In this document: positions 16,068-25,043 of the stretch, piece by piece
Layout: each line of letters starts with the position of its first letter
Numbering within the stretch: position 1 is the first letter of the stretch
NCBI GenBank assembly: GCA_964201555.1
Contig: CAXNFL010000002.1
Coordinates: forward strand, 1-41,296
Length of the DNA: 41,296 nt
Reading direction: 5' to 3'
Source of the DNA: Kiritimatiellia bacterium
GTDB taxonomy: Bacteria > Verrucomicrobiota > Kiritimatiellia > CAIKKV01
Translations under genes and position numbers: made by a program
Notes under the pieces: model-generated
The model's input: only the letters and a program-made list of their open reading frames with translations
The model's database searches: none
What the model was told of the DNA's origin: nothing

Positions 16068-17273
16068 TCAATGGCGGCCTTCCGGCTTGGACTCGGACAG
16101 GCGCTTGAGGATATCTGTTCCGAATTTATCACGCAGGGCGTCCACGGTCTTGTCGAGCCGCGCGTCCTTCTTCCGCCGCTCGGGCGGGGATTCCTCAAAC
16201 AGCAGCGGCTGGACGGGCGGCCCGCCGCCGGGCTCCGCCAGGTTGGAGACGCCGAAGCCGAGCAGCCGGATCGAGCCTTTGATGGCTTCCTTTTCGTACA
16301 GGGCAAGGGCGGCGTGGATCAGGTCGCGGTCGGAATCGGTCGGCATGGCCAGCGAGCTTTGCCGGGTGATGGTCTTGAAGTCGGGGAAGCGGATTTTGAT
16401 CTGGACCGTTCGCGCCCGCTTGCCGTGGCGGCGCAGCCGCCGCCCCACCTGCTCGACCAGCTCGAGCAGGGTCTGGCGCAGCACGTCCGGCGCGCCGCAG
16501 TCTTCATTGAAGGTGGTCTCGTTCGAGATGCTCTTTTCCTCCCGCTCCAGCACGAGCGGGCGATCATCCTGGCCCCGGGCCAGGCGGTAGAGATGGTCGG
16601 CAAAGGACGGGCCGAAGAGAGTTTCGAGCTGGTTTTTCGGCAGCGCCTGCACCTGGCCGATGGTGGTGAGCCCGTGCCGCTTCAGGACCTGGGCCGTGGC
16701 GTCGCCCACGCCGAAGATGCGGGTGACGGGCAGGGGGGACAGGAAGGCGAGGATGGCCTCCGGGTCGGTTGGCACGAGCGTCAGCCCGTCGGGCTTGCGC
16801 AGGTCGCTGCCGAGCTTGGCCAGGAACTTGTTCGGCGCGATGCCGACCGAGGCGGTGAGCCCCAGCTCGTCCCGGATGCGGGCCTTGAGCGCGCGGGCCA
16901 GGGCTTCAGCCGACGGCCAGAAGTGCAGCACCCCGGCCAGGTCGAGAAAGGCCTCGTCCACCGAGACCGGCTCCATGTCGGGCGTGATGCTTTCCAGGAT
17001 GGCCATGACCTGGTCGGACACCTCGGAATACCGGTCCATGCGGGGGTGGACGAAGATGGCCTCGGGGCAGAGCCGGTAGGCGGTGCGCGAGGGCATGGCC
17101 GAATGGATGCCGAACTTCCGGGCCTCGTAGGAGGCGGTCGAGACCACGCCGCGCTTGTCGGGCGCCGCGCCGATGACCACGGGCTTGCCGCGCAGCTCCG
17201 GCCGGTCGTGCTGTTCGATGGACGCGAAAAAGGCGTCCATGTCGAGATGGAGGATGGTCCGCATGCGTTTCAT
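16068..17273 (-). CDS. dinB: DNA polymerase IV (Y-family)
   Basis: ILHLDMDAFFASIEQHDRPELRGKPVVIG..., SYEARKFGIHSAMP and VSVDEAFLDL are canonical DinB motifs. Confidence 0.9.
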   Translation of the reverse strand: MKRMRTILHLDMDAFFASIEQHDRPELRGKPVVIGAAPDKRGVVSTASYEARKFGIHSAMPSRTAYRLCPEAIFVHPRMDRYSEVSDQVMAILESITPDMEPVSVDEAFLDLAGVLHFWPSAEALARALKARIRDELGLTASVGIAPNKFLAKLGSDLRKPDGLTLVPTDPEAILAFLSPLPVTRIFGVGDATAQVLKRHGLTTIGQVQALPKNQLETLFGPSFADHLYRLARGQDDRPLVLEREEKSISNETTFNEDCGAPDVLRQTLLELVEQVGRRLRRHGKRARTVQIKIRFPDFKTITRQSSLAMPTDSDRDLIHAALALYEKEAIKGSIRLLGFGVSNLAEPGGGPPVQPLLFEESPPERRKKDARLDKTVDALRDKFGTDILKRLSESKPEGRH

Positions 17274-17327
17274 TCAGCATGACTCCCCGGTCTCTTCCTG
17301 ACAAGGGCAAAGAAGGATCGGCCCGTC

Positions 17328-17490
17328 GGGTTGCGGCGTTTCGGCGTTAACGGAAGGGTGCTTTCGGGCTGATCCGCCTTCAGGCTGGAGGCGTCGGGAC
17401 ACGAGTCCACGCCGCCTCGCCTTCAGGCGGCTGAGCCTCGAAATCACCTCTTCCGTTTCCGCTGATCGAAACGCCGAAACGCCACGACCC
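17328..17490. repeat. long nested imperfect palindrome (MITE/REPIN-like element or structured RNA)
   Basis: Outer arms GGGTTGCGGCGTTTCGGCGTT and AACGCCGAAACGCCACGACCC match at 19 of 21 positions. Moving inward the pairs are AACGGAAGGGTG / CACCTCTTCCGTT, then GGCT..CCGCCTTCAGGC / GCCTTCAGGCGG..AGCC. The core is GGAGGCGTCGGGAC-acga-GTCCACGCCGCC. Confidence 0.6.
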
Positions 17491-17601
17491 CGCTAGGCCT
17501 TAACCCCCTAACCGATCACCATCCAAGACCTTCCGGATTCTTCTTTAATCGCGCCTTGTGATCCGATACCCTATGCCTCTTTATAACTGCGGGAGGATCC
17601 G

Positions 17602-18705
17602 ATGTCTGCCATGACCAGTATCGAACGGATGCATGCCACGTTGAACCGGAAGCCGGTGGATCGCCTGGCGGTAAGCGAGACGATTTGGGGCGCCTCCATC
17701 AAGCGCTGGAAAAACGAGGGCGTGCTCAAGGAAGATGAGGATCTCAACGAGCATTTCAACATGGATCTCCGCACCGGGGGGTGGCTCACCTCCACGGCCA
17801 ATCTCGACTTCAAGCCGGTCATCCTGGAGGAGGACGAGGACAAGGCCCTCTGGCTCGATGGCAACGGCGCCAAATTGCGCCGGCACAAGAAGCACGACTC
17901 CACGCCCGAGCATGTCGATTTCATGGTGAAGGACTTCGAGTCCTGGAAGGAGCACGCGCGGCCCTTCCTGGCGGGACCGCTGGATCAGCGCCGGATTCCC
18001 TTCGAGGGCTATCGCCAGGCCAAGGCCTTTGCCAAGGAGAAAAACCGCTTTTTCTGCTGGGCCGGCGTGGCGCCCTTCGAGCAGATGCATCCGGTGACCG
18101 GCCATGAAAACATGCTGGCCGGCATGGCCCTCGAGCCGGAGTGGGTGACCGATATGGTGGACGTGTTCACCACGCTCACCCTCAACTGCCTGGAGGAGTT
18201 GTTCGCCCGGGAAGGCGCGCCCGACGGCCTCTTCTTCTTCGAGGACATGGGCTTCAAGGAAAAGCCGTTCATGAGCCCCACCATGTACCGGGAGCTGGTG
18301 CAGCCCGGCCACAAGCGGCTGTTCGACTTCGCCCACTCCAAGGGCTGCCGCGTCATTGTCCATTCCTGCGGCTTCGTGGAGCCCCTCGTGCCAGGCCTGA
18401 TCGAGGCCGGCATGGACTGCCTCCAGGCCATGGAGGTGAAGGCGGGCATGGATCTGCCCACCCTGTACCGGCGGTTCGGCGACAAGATCGCCTTTTTCGG
18501 CGGGCTGGACGTGCGCACGCTGATCTCCAACGACCGCCGGAAGATCGACGAGGAGATGGACAAGAAGCTGATTCCCGTGCTGAAGGCCGGCGGCTCGTAC
18601 ATTGTCCACTCCGATCATTCCATCCCGCCCGAAGTGGACCATGAAACGCTGGTCTATTTCCTGGAGCGCGGCCGCCAGATGCTGGAACGGATCAAGGGAA
18701 CGTGA
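17602..18705 (+). CDS. uroporphyrinogen decarboxylase (URO-D) family protein, MtaA/CmuA-like fold
   Basis: N-terminus SIERMHATLNRKPVDRLAV. The segment FFEDMGFKEKPFMSPTMYRELVQPGHKRLFDFAHSKGCRVIVHSCGFVEPLVPGLIEAGMDCLQAMEVKAGMD is typical of the URO-D superfamily. Confidence 0.7.
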   Translation: MSAMTSIERMHATLNRKPVDRLAVSETIWGASIKRWKNEGVLKEDEDLNEHFNMDLRTGGWLTSTANLDFKPVILEEDEDKALWLDGNGAKLRRHKKHDSTPEHVDFMVKDFESWKEHARPFLAGPLDQRRIPFEGYRQAKAFAKEKNRFFCWAGVAPFEQMHPVTGHENMLAGMALEPEWVTDMVDVFTTLTLNCLEELFAREGAPDGLFFFEDMGFKEKPFMSPTMYRELVQPGHKRLFDFAHSKGCRVIVHSCGFVEPLVPGLIEAGMDCLQAMEVKAGMDLPTLYRRFGDKIAFFGGLDVRTLISNDRRKIDEEMDKKLIPVLKAGGSYIVHSDHSIPPEVDHETLVYFLERGRQMLERIKGT

Positions 18706-19898
18706 TGCGCGCGGGCTTCGGGCGGGCGTGCATCACCCCGCCCCTGGGCGCCAGGCTCAGCGGCTACGGGAGGCGGGACTGCGAGCGCGGGTGCGAGGGC
18801 GTGGAGGACGACCTCTTTGTCCGCGTGCTCGTTCTCGAGCACGAAGGCGTGCGCCTGGCGCTCGCCTCTTTCGATCTTCTTTTTTTCGCGCGCCCTCTGG
18901 CCGATCGGCTGACCGCCGCCCTGGCCGGCGTCACGGGGGCGGCCCCCGCCGCCGTGCTGCTCAACACCTCCCACACGCACACGGGCGCGTGTGTCGATAC
19001 ATGGAGCAGGAATGCGGAGGTACCTCCGGACCTGCCCTATTGGGCGCAGGTGGAAGCGGCCGCCTGCCGCGCGGCCGGCGAGGCCGTGGAGGCGCTGAAG
19101 CCCGCGCGGCTGAAGGCAGGGGCGGGAACCAGCTCCCTGCCGGTTAGCCGGCGCCGGCCCGACGGGAAGGGCGGGGTGGAGTGGCGGCCTTATCCCGAGG
19201 GAGCGGTATGCGCCCATCTGCCCGTGCTCCAGCTGGAGGCGGAATGCGGAAAGCTTCGGGGGCGGGTCTGTTCGAGTTCCTGTCATCCCTCGACGATCCA
19301 GGGCTGGCGCGTTTCGGCCGATTATCCGGGCGTGGCCTGCCGCCTTTTGGAGTCCCAGTTCGGCGCGCCCGCCCTGTTTCTGCAGGGGGCGGGCGGGGAT
19401 GCCAAGCCGTGCGTCGTGACCGATGGGCACGATGACGAGGGCCCGGCGTGGCGGCCGGGGACCTTCCTGGATGTGGCGGGAGCGGGCCGGCTGGTGGCGG
19501 ACGAGGTGGCGGCGGTCGTGCAGGCGGGGCTGACCGAAGCGGCGCCCCGGTTTTCGGCCGCGATGGACGAGGCGGTGCTGCCGCTGGACCCGCCCCGGGG
19601 GCCCAGCCCCCGGATCCGCGTGCAGCGCCTGCGGCTGGCGGAGCAGGTGCGGATCGTGGCGGTGGAAGGCGAGCTGACAGGCGAGGTGGGCAACCAGATC
19701 CTGGCGCAGCTCGGGCAGGGGGTGCACTTCGCGCTGGGCTACAGCAATGGAACGGGCTTATATTTGCCCGCCTCCCGGATGATTCCGGAAGGCGGCTATG
19801 AAGTGGAAAGCTTTGCGGAATACGGTTTTCAAGCCCCCCTGGCGGTCGGGTGGGAGGCGCAGTTGGATCAGTTAGTCAGCAAGGAGATCGGCTCATGA
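18705..19898 (+). CDS. neutral/alkaline ceramidase N-terminal-domain-like protein
   Basis: AGFGRACITPPLGARLSGYG...GVEDDLFVRVLVL...FDLLF and NTSHTHTGA resemble the ceramidase-N family motifs. The start (GTGATG) overlaps the URO-D stop. Confidence 0.5.
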   Translation: MRAGFGRACITPPLGARLSGYGRRDCERGCEGVEDDLFVRVLVLEHEGVRLALASFDLLFFARPLADRLTAALAGVTGAAPAAVLLNTSHTHTGACVDTWSRNAEVPPDLPYWAQVEAAACRAAGEAVEALKPARLKAGAGTSSLPVSRRRPDGKGGVEWRPYPEGAVCAHLPVLQLEAECGKLRGRVCSSSCHPSTIQGWRVSADYPGVACRLLESQFGAPALFLQGAGGDAKPCVVTDGHDDEGPAWRPGTFLDVAGAGRLVADEVAAVVQAGLTEAAPRFSAAMDEAVLPLDPPRGPSPRIRVQRLRLAEQVRIVAVEGELTGEVGNQILAQLGQGVHFALGYSNGTGLYLPASRMIPEGGYEVESFAEYGFQAPLAVGWEAQLDQLVSKEIGS

Positions 19899-21790
19899 AC
19901 GGATTCACATTTGATTTGAAGGACGTCCCGGAAATCCTCAAAAACGGCCTGGCCGCCGTGCGGGCCGATCACCCGGGCCGATTCGGCGCGGGCAAGGACA
20001 CCGTGGCCGTGCGCTTCGAGGACGAGAGCGCCAAGGGCGCCGACCGGCTGTCCGCGGTGGCGTCGAAAGCTGGCGTCACGGTCCGCTTCGGCAGCAAGTC
20101 GGGCGCGTTCCGCGCCCTGGGCCTGCTGCTGGCGGCGAAGACGCGGGCCGACCTGGCGTTCGCGGAGAAGTCCGAGTTCACCCAGCGCGGGCTGATGGTG
20201 GACTGCAGCCGCAACGGCGTGATGCGGACGGACGCCGTCGAGGCGTTCATGCGCCGGACGGCGCTGATGGGCGTCAACATGCTGATGATGTACACGGAGG
20301 ACACCTACGAGGTGCCGGGCGAGCCGTTCTTCGGCTACCTGCGCGGCGGGTACACGCAGGCCGAGATGAAGGCGCTCGACGACTATGCCGACGCGCTGGG
20401 CATCGAGCTGATCCCGTGCATCCAGGCGCTGGCGCACCTGGAGCAGACGCTGCAGTGGGATCCGATGTTCAAGTACATGGACACGAGCCACATTCTCCTG
20501 GCGGGGGACGAGGACGCCTACGCGCTGATCCGCCGGCTCATCAAGGCCGCCAGCTCCTGCGTGCGCAGCAAGCGGATTCACCTGGGCATGGACGAGGCGC
20601 ACGGGCTGGGCTCGGGCCGGTTCAAGGAGAAGTTCGGCGACAAGCCGCCCTTTGAGATCATCAATGATCACCTGGCCCGCGTGCGCGACATCTGCCGCGC
20701 CGAGGGGCTGAAGCCGATGATCTGGAGCGACATGTATTTCCGCCTCGGCTCCAAGAAGCACGAGTATTACGACATGGCGTGGCAGATCCCCAAGGAGGTC
20801 GTGGCCAACATCCCGAAGGATGTGCAGCTAGTTTACTGGGATTACTATCACGCCGATGTGGAAACCTACCGGAAGATGATCGCCTTCCACCGGCAGCTGG
20901 GAAGCGAGCCGATCATGGGCGGCGGCATCTGGACGTGGGGGCATCTGTGGAGCGCCCTGCCGTGGTCGTTCACCGCCGTCAACGCCTGCATGAGCGCCTG
21001 CCGCCAGGAGGGGCTGAAGGAAGTCTTCATGACCATGTGGGGCGACGACGGCATGGAGGTGGACATTTTCAGCTCCCTGCCCGGCATCCAGTATTTCTGC
21101 GAGCAGGCCTTCGGCGCCGAGGATCCGATGCAGGCGTCCCTGAAGAATTTCGCCGCGGTTTGCGGCTGTCCGTTCGAGCCCTGGGTGCGCGCCTCCGCCA
21201 CCGATTCGATTCCGCTCGTGGAGGCGCCGGAGCTGTCCAACGCGGCTGTCGGGCGCGCGCTGCTGTGGGAGGATCCGGCCCTGGCGCTTCTGGATCCGTT
21301 GCTGGGCAAGGCCGAGCTGCGGGCGTGGTACGGCAAGCTGGCCAAGGATCTGGCCGCCGCCTCAAAGGCGGGGGGCCTCGCCCGGCGGCTGGAATTTCCG
21401 GCCGCCCTCGCCGCCGTGCTGGAGCTGAAGACGCACCTGCGGCGCGACCTGTCCAAGGCGGTGACCCAGGGCGACCGCAAGGCCGCCGGAGCGATTGCCA
21501 AGGGCGATCTGGTCGACTTGCGCAAGCGGGTGGAAGCGCTCTGGAAGCGGCATCGCGCCCTATGGATGGAGACCTACAAGCCCTTTGGCTGGGAGGTCAT
21601 TGAAGGCCGCTATGGAACGCTCATGGCCCGGCTGGCCACGCTTCAGGAGCGGGTGGAGGCTTTTGCGTCCGGCAAGCTGGAAACGATTCCCGAGCTGACC
21701 GCGGAATTGCACAATCCCTGGGAAGGCCGGAAGATCGGCGACCTGCATTTCAGCCCGGGCCGAATGCGCACGCCGAGCTGCATCAAATAA
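19895..21790 (+). CDS. GH20 beta-N-acetylhexosaminidase-like glycoside hydrolase
   Basis: LMVDCSRNGVMRTDAVEAFMRRTALMGVNMLMMYTEDTY and the catalytic-type IHLGMDEAH (H-x-G-x-D-E) are present. ATG 19895 follows AAGGAG and overlaps the previous stop (ATGA). No signal peptide. Confidence 0.75.
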   Translation: MNGFTFDLKDVPEILKNGLAAVRADHPGRFGAGKDTVAVRFEDESAKGADRLSAVASKAGVTVRFGSKSGAFRALGLLLAAKTRADLAFAEKSEFTQRGLMVDCSRNGVMRTDAVEAFMRRTALMGVNMLMMYTEDTYEVPGEPFFGYLRGGYTQAEMKALDDYADALGIELIPCIQALAHLEQTLQWDPMFKYMDTSHILLAGDEDAYALIRRLIKAASSCVRSKRIHLGMDEAHGLGSGRFKEKFGDKPPFEIINDHLARVRDICRAEGLKPMIWSDMYFRLGSKKHEYYDMAWQIPKEVVANIPKDVQLVYWDYYHADVETYRKMIAFHRQLGSEPIMGGGIWTWGHLWSALPWSFTAVNACMSACRQEGLKEVFMTMWGDDGMEVDIFSSLPGIQYFCEQAFGAEDPMQASLKNFAAVCGCPFEPWVRASATDSIPLVEAPELSNAAVGRALLWEDPALALLDPLLGKAELRAWYGKLAKDLAAASKAGGLARRLEFPAALAAVLELKTHLRRDLSKAVTQGDRKAAGAIAKGDLVDLRKRVEALWKRHRALWMETYKPFGWEVIEGRYGTLMARLATLQERVEAFASGKLETIPELTAELHNPWEGRKIGDLHFSPGRMRTPSCIK

Positions 21791-21856
21791 ATAGCGAATA
21801 GCAGGTAGCGGATAGCGGATAGCAAATTTCGCTATCAGCTATTAGCTATTCGCTAT
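21791..21856. terminator. bidirectional hairpin between convergent genes
   Basis: ATAGCGAATAGC...GCTATTCGCTAT form perfect 12-bp outer arms. The inner arms are built of NNATAGC heptads around the loop AAATTTC. The element starts 1 nt after the GH20 stop and ends 2 nt before the araC-family stop. Confidence 0.55.
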
Positions 21857-21858
21857 CT

Positions 21859-22662
21859 CTATTGCCGGTAGCGGCGGAGGGCCTCGCGCAGCGTGATGCC
21901 GTAATGGCGCCGGAAGGCGGCGGACAGGTGGCTCAGGTGGAGAAAGCCTGTCTGTTCCGCGATGCTCGCCAGGTTTTGCCCGGATCCGGAGATCAACTCC
22001 ATGGCGGTCTGCAGCCGCCGGCGGTTCCGGTATTGCACGGGCGAAAGATGGAAGCGCTTCTGGAACTGCAGCCGCAGGTGATTGAGGGAGACGCCGGACT
22101 TCTGGGCTAAAACGGCAAGATTGAAGTGGCAGCCGGCGTCGGCGTCGATCGCATCCCGGAACTTTTCTTCCGGCGACGGCTTGGCCGGCTCGCGGGCCAG
22201 ATCGAGCATATCGGCCAGGATGGAGGAAAGGGCCAGGCGGGCGCGGAACAGGCTTTCCGGCGTTCCCTTGCGCCACTCGGCGGACATGGATTCGAACAAG
22301 CTGAGCATGGATTCCCGGCGGCGAATCGGCACGGCCGTGAAAGCGGGCACGGAAAGCCAGTCCCGTCCGCTGCGAAGAAGGATGCGGCCGGAGCGGTTGT
22401 CAAAGCGGAGCCCTTCCGATTCGAAGGAGACGGCCCAGTTCTGGCGGGCTATCCCGATTTCGAATTGAGTGACGGCTTTGGGGGGAATGAGCGCCAGCCA
22501 GGGGTATTCCGGGGGGGCCACGATTTCGCGCCCGTCGGGCAGGGTGACTTTCCACGAGTCGATTCCGGCAAGGGCAAGCGTGAGCCGCCAGAAGCCTTGC
22601 TGGACTTTTCCCACTTCGGGTGAGTTATACAGTTTGACGAGATGGAACACCGTGTCAAGCAT
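21859..22662 (-). CDS. AraC/XylS-family transcriptional regulator
   Basis: C-terminal double HTH: LAQKSGVSLNHLRLQFQKRFHLSPVQYRNRRRLQTAMELI...LASIAEQTGFLHLSHLSAAFRRHYGITLREA. Confidence 0.85.
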   Translation of the reverse strand: MLDTVFHLVKLYNSPEVGKVQQGFWRLTLALAGIDSWKVTLPDGREIVAPPEYPWLALIPPKAVTQFEIGIARQNWAVSFESEGLRFDNRSGRILLRSGRDWLSVPAFTAVPIRRRESMLSLFESMSAEWRKGTPESLFRARLALSSILADMLDLAREPAKPSPEEKFRDAIDADAGCHFNLAVLAQKSGVSLNHLRLQFQKRFHLSPVQYRNRRRLQTAMELISGSGQNLASIAEQTGFLHLSHLSAAFRRHYGITLREALRRYRQ

Positions 22663-22683
22663 GGTGAGATGTTAGGATTTAAA

Positions 22684-22740
22684 GGGCTCCAGCGAAAGTG
22701 TTTTTTTATAAATTGGATGGAAAAGCGCGCTGGAGAGCCC
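22684..22740. promoter_or_regulatory. inverted repeat flanking an AT-rich core in the araC / LamG divergent intergenic region (candidate operator)
   Basis: GGGCTCCAGCG-N33(AT-rich)-CGCTGGAGAGCCC. Confidence 0.25.
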
Positions 22741-22785
22741 GAGTCTGACATGGTAATATTAGTGTGTTAATAATAGGAGGGTACG

Positions 22786-25008
22786 GTGAATATTCGCACA
22801 TCTTTGGTGGGCGCGCTCGCGCTGACCCTATGCTGGTTGTCTACCCACCCCCTATGGGCGACGACGATGCCGACAAACGGCATGCAGGTCTGGCTTAAGG
22901 CGGATGCCATTGTGAATGTGAGCGATGGCGGGGCGGTCAGCAATTGGCCCGATAGCAGTGGGCTGGGGTGGAATGCGACCAATGGGTCAGTTGCCAATCA
23001 ACCGACCTTGGTCATGAACGCGGTTAATGGAAAACCTACGGTGCGGTTTGATGGGGTGAACGATTATCTGGCCCGTGATAACTATGTCCACGGCACCGAT
23101 AACGGCATGATGTTTGTCGTGACTAAGCGGGTTGGAAGTCCGACTGGTTACCACAATATTTTGATTCAAGGGGTTGATTTCAATAATAACGTGCCCACTA
23201 CAATTTACTGGCAGATATACGCCGATTCCAGCAGTAAACTGACTGGCAATTTAAATGCGACAGCCCTCGATTGTGATTTTGCCGCTAATTATTCGAACAC
23301 GGTTTACCAGATTCTTGAACTGCGTAAGGACAACAGCGGCGCCGGCTCCGTGAGTTGTTATTACAACGGGACGTTTCGCACTTCTAAAACGGGGACGCAA
23401 GCGCTAGGGAACCGCTATTATGTGGGCGGGTGGCTTGGCAGCAAGTTTACCAGCGGCGATATCGCGGAGGTGCTCATCTACAATGCGGCGCTTGGCGCCA
23501 ATGACCGGCAGCTTGCCGAAGGCTTGCTGGCCTGGAAATATGACCTGACGAACAGCCTTCCTATCGGGCATCCCTGGAAAAACTCGGACCCCAATGTAGC
23601 GGCTGCCCCCGCTATTGAAAACAGGATGGCCACCAACATCTCCCTGACAGGCGCCTCCCTCAATGGATATTTGATGTTGACGGGGTCGGCCCCTGCGATG
23701 GTCTCCATGGCCTATGGTTTGACAAACGGGGGCCCCGTTAATTCGGGCCTCTGGCAGGCCACCAACACCTGGGCGCTCGGGGCGTGGAAGGAAGGCGAAA
23801 CCGTGACCTATCCGGCGACCGGGCTGGAGTCCAACCGCATCTATTTTTATCGGTACGCCGCCACCAATTCGGCCGGCTATTTCGACTCCGAGGTCACGGT
23901 CAACTTCATGACGGCTCCGATCGAGGTCTCCGCTCCCGACGCCACCGCCGAGGAGGGGGGGGATACCCTGATGTTCACGCTGAGCCGGCCGGCGACGGCC
24001 ACGAACATCAGCCTGACGGTTCCGTTTGCCTGGAGCGGAAGCGCCCAACCGACTCGCGATTTCTTCTATACGGACGTGGCGAGCAATGTTGTTTTTGCGA
24101 TCGGACAAACGACGACGAATTTGGTCCTGAATCCGGTAGACGACCCTTTTGCCGAGCCCCAGGAAACGGTGATCCTGACTCCGGGCATCAACAATTACAT
24201 GAACCTCGGTATATCCGTTACGGGTACAATCGCGGCCAGCTCCACCCATGCGCCGACCAACACGATCGGCTACTGGCGGTTTGAGACGGCCTCGGGCGTG
24301 ATGGCCGATTCCAGCGGTAATAGCTACAATCTAAGCACTATCACGACTTCCGTAGCGGCTCTGTACCAGAGCCCGCTGGCGCCGTCGGGGCTTTCCTCGG
24401 CGTATCCGAAAACTATTCCCGATTCGGGGCGGCTGAACAGCTCCGCTCTAACGGGGCGGGGTATGGTCCCTTACGATCCCGCCTTCACCACGAAAGTGTT
24501 CACCGTGGAAGCGTTCGTGTCCATCAATGCCCCCGCCACGGGGTATCGGGCCATCGTGGCCAGGTGGAATTCGATCAACTTCTGCTGGTTGATCGGCCTG
24601 ACCCAGGATCTGTATCCAAAAAGACTGTTTTTCCGTTATTATGGATCTCCATCCCGCGATGTGTATGCCCCTACCGCGGATTTCGACATCGAGCCAAGCA
24701 AGGACTATTACATTGCCGTGGCCGTGGATGGAACCAAGGTGGGGGCGGGCAAGAATGGCGTCTTGTTCCGCATCAAAAACCTCACCGATGGCGGACCCCT
24801 CGTCTCGGGATATGCCGATATGACCGGCGGCTCCATTCCGACTTCCGCCAACACACCCTTGGAAATCCGCCAATACAACGGACTTGCTGCGAACGCCTAT
24901 GACGGCTGGCTGGATGAATTGCGCTTTTCGTCGGGCGTTCTCAGCGACGCGCAGTTGATGATCACGCCGCGCCAGACGGCTGCCGGGACGCTGATCCTGG
25001 TGCGGTAA
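22786..25008 (+). CDS. secreted LamG / Calx-beta / LamG multidomain protein
   Basis: GTG start after AGGAGG, with a signal peptide. The N-terminal LamG-like domain ends in GDIAEVLIYNAALGANDRQLAEGLLAWKY. A Calx-beta-like block follows (EVSAPDATAEEGGDTLMFTLSRPATAT...TTTNLVLNPVDDPFAEPQETVILT). The C-terminal LamG-like domain ends in WLDELRFSSGVLSDAQL. Confidence 0.7.
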   Translation: MNIRTSLVGALALTLCWLSTHPLWATTMPTNGMQVWLKADAIVNVSDGGAVSNWPDSSGLGWNATNGSVANQPTLVMNAVNGKPTVRFDGVNDYLARDNYVHGTDNGMMFVVTKRVGSPTGYHNILIQGVDFNNNVPTTIYWQIYADSSSKLTGNLNATALDCDFAANYSNTVYQILELRKDNSGAGSVSCYYNGTFRTSKTGTQALGNRYYVGGWLGSKFTSGDIAEVLIYNAALGANDRQLAEGLLAWKYDLTNSLPIGHPWKNSDPNVAAAPAIENRMATNISLTGASLNGYLMLTGSAPAMVSMAYGLTNGGPVNSGLWQATNTWALGAWKEGETVTYPATGLESNRIYFYRYAATNSAGYFDSEVTVNFMTAPIEVSAPDATAEEGGDTLMFTLSRPATATNISLTVPFAWSGSAQPTRDFFYTDVASNVVFAIGQTTTNLVLNPVDDPFAEPQETVILTPGINNYMNLGISVTGTIAASSTHAPTNTIGYWRFETASGVMADSSGNSYNLSTITTSVAALYQSPLAPSGLSSAYPKTIPDSGRLNSSALTGRGMVPYDPAFTTKVFTVEAFVSINAPATGYRAIVARWNSINFCWLIGLTQDLYPKRLFFRYYGSPSRDVYAPTADFDIEPSKDYYIAVAVDGTKVGAGKNGVLFRIKNLTDGGPLVSGYADMTGGSIPTSANTPLEIRQYNGLAANAYDGWLDELRFSSGVLSDAQLMITPRQTAAGTLILVR

Positions 25009-25043
25009 GGTGGGTTTCGCAGTTTGGATAGGAGGAACGACTC

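Noticed and set aside
17274-17327. Search for a LexA/SOS box upstream of dinB
   Set aside because: No CTGT-N8-ACAG-like or other obvious palindromic operator is visible between the dinB start and the long palindrome. The LexA motif of this lineage is unknown to me, so no call is made.
22745-22774. Sigma-70-like hexamers CTGACA-18 nt-AATAAT upstream of the first LamG gene
   Set aside because: The -10 hexamer ends only about 11 nt before the GTG start and overlaps the AGGAGG RBS, so the transcript would lack its RBS. The real promoter is probably further upstream.
24988-25005. Shared C-terminal tail of the LamG paralogs (GTLILVR and GSLILIR, the latter at 27294-27311; the PL8 ends SLTLII) considered as a possible sorting signal
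   Set aside because: The similarity between the two LamG proteins is explained by paralogy. The PL8 has no signal peptide. The motif is too short to support a sorting-signal claim without a genome-wide survey.
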